This document shows positions 62,369 to 64,000 of a stretch of 64,000 nucleotides of DNA, piece after piece (position 1 is the stretch's first letter; each line of letters starts with the position of its first letter). The stretch comes from an uncultured Microthrixaceae bacterium. GTDB lineage: Bacteria > Actinomycetota > Acidimicrobiia > Acidimicrobiales > DATDAH01. The stretch covers positions 57,716 through 121,715 of the forward strand of contig CAVSIG010000005.1 of NCBI GenBank assembly GCA_963728005.1. Reading direction: 5' to 3'. The notes below the pieces were generated by a model. It was not told where the DNA came from. It worked only from the letters and a program-made list of their open reading frames with translations, and searched no databases. Both the position numbers and the translations under genes were made by a program.

Positions 62369-63145
62369 GGCCCTCCAGGCGTGGCCGAATCGGTCGGGGA
62401 TTCCACCCGACGGCGGTCCGGGGCTTGCGGGCGTAGAGCACGAGGCTCTTGCCCAGCACGGGCTGCAGCAGGCGCTCGGCCACCCGGGTGACGAGCGGCT
62501 GCGTCGACCATGTCCCACACCAGGAGGCGGTGGTAGGCCCTGGTGAGCGGGTGGTCCTCGATGTCGCTGCTGGGGCCCGACGGCGCAGCGCAGCCACCAG
62601 TACGGGGTGTGGAGGGCGTGCACCTGGTGGGAGCCGCCGGGCTCGAGGCCGGCGGCGGCCAGCTTCCGCGCGCAGCTCGGCCTCGGTGTAGATGCGGACG
62701 TGGCCGCCCTCGACCTTCGGGGCGTGGTACTCGTCGGAGAGCTTCCAGCAGACGACCTCGGGCAGCCAGGCCGGCACGGTGACGGCGAGGGTCCCGCCCG
62801 GCTTGAGCACCCGGGCCAGCTCGGCGGCGGCCGCCTCGTCGTCGGGGATGTGCTCCATCACCTCGGCGGCGATGATCCGGTCGAAGGTGGCGTCGGGGAA
62901 GGGCAGGCCGCTGCCCGTCGGCCACCGCGGCCGCGGCCAGCCCGCCGGCGGGTGCCTCGCCCGACGGCCTCCATGGCCGCGCACATCGTGCGGCACTCGA
63001 CCATGTCGCCGTGGTCGAAGTCGGCGGCCACCACCCGGACCCCGCGGCGGAACGCCTCGTAGGCGTGGCGGCCGTTGCCGGCGCCGAGGTCGAGCAGGAG
63101 CTCGCCGGCGCGCACGCCGAGTCGGTCGTAGTCGACGGTGAGCAA
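62352..63145 (-). CDS. Class I SAM-dependent methyltransferase (Methyltransf_11-like; frameshifted)
   Basis: LLTVDYDRLG, LDLGAGNGRHA, LPFPDATFDRIIAAEVMEH, GGHVRIY, HALHTPYWWL, GKSLVLY. Confidence 0.85.
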
Positions 63146-63150
63146 CCGGC

Positions 63151-64000
63151 TCAGCCCTGCTTCAGCCGGATCCGGTACTGCTCGACGGTCTTCTCGGCGG
63201 TGTGCCGCCAGGTCCAGTTGTCGATGACCCGCTGGCGACCGGCCGCGCCGACCTTGGTGGCCAGCTCGGGGTCGTCCATGGCGTCGGTGATGCGGGCGGC
63301 CAGCGCCGCGGCGTCGCCCGGCGGGCAGGTGAAGGCCGTCTCGTCGTCGGGGCCGACGACCTCCTTCAGGGCGCCACCGGTGGTCGCCACCAGGGGCACG
63401 CCGCAGCACTGCGCCTCGATGGCGGGCAGCGAGAAGCCCTCGTAGAGCGACGGCACGACGGCCAGCTCGGCCTCGGCGTACAGCTCGACGATGCGCTCGT
63501 CGGTGACGCCGTAGACGAACTGCACGGCGTCGGTCAGCCCGTACTGCTCGAGGGTCCGCATCGGCGCGGCCCTCCTCCTTGGGCTTGCCGATGACGACCA
63601 GGTCGCATTGGCGCTCGGTGCGGATCTTGGCCACGGCCTCCAGCAGGTAGGCCAGGCCCTTCATGGCCACGTCGGCCGACGCCGTGGTGATGAGACGGCC
63701 GGGCACCCGCTGCGATGTGGGGGAGGGGCTTGAACTGCTCCTGGTCCACACCCACCGGGACGATGGCCATGTTCTGCAGCGGGACCAGGTGATCCGTGTG
63801 GATGTCGTCCCGCGAGTTCTCCGACACCGTGATGACCCGCTTCAGGCGGCTGGCCACCCGGGTCTGCATCTTGGTGAAGGCGTACCAGCGGCTCTTGTTG
63901 AAGCGCTGCCAGCCGGTGTCGGCGTGCTCCATCTCCAAGCGGCGGTCGACGGTGATGGGGTGGTGGATGGTGGCCACGACGGGCAGGCCCTCGCGCTCGA
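63151..64000 (-). CDS. Glycosyltransferase family 4 (5' part outside the window; frameshifted)
   Basis: ATIHHPIT.DR, ITVSE, SADVAMKGL, VPSLYEGFSLPAIEA. Confidence 0.9.

Overview
A 64-kb chromosomal stretch from a very GC-rich actinobacterium (gene repertoire and style suggest Acidimicrobiia; inference). It holds about 65 protein genes and three tRNAs (Phe, Asp, Glu). Many genes are broken by single-base indels, most likely long-read consensus errors. Contents: surface-glycan genes at both ends, an uncharacterised adenylate-forming-like enzyme coupled to a SsuA/THI5-type ABC importer, LigC, an ACT-malic enzyme, an SOS-boxed DUF222/HNH gene, GlnD, a DinB2-type Pol IV, a CopB-type ATPase, a CBS-citrate synthase fusion, and a NarL-type two-component system with its ABC/FtsX exporter. 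The most interesting signal is at about 19.9-20.5 kb. A degenerate copy of the tRNA-Glu 3' end marks the far edge of an ~8-kb integrase-less islet. Next to it lie an orphan 82-aa ORF, an AT-rich 11-bp repeat array overlapping a sigmaA-type promoter, and a ~180-nt multi-branched non-coding element (UUCG and GNRA loops, four-way junction) that I cannot assign to a known RNA family. No CRISPR array, integrase, transposase or reverse transcriptase was seen.
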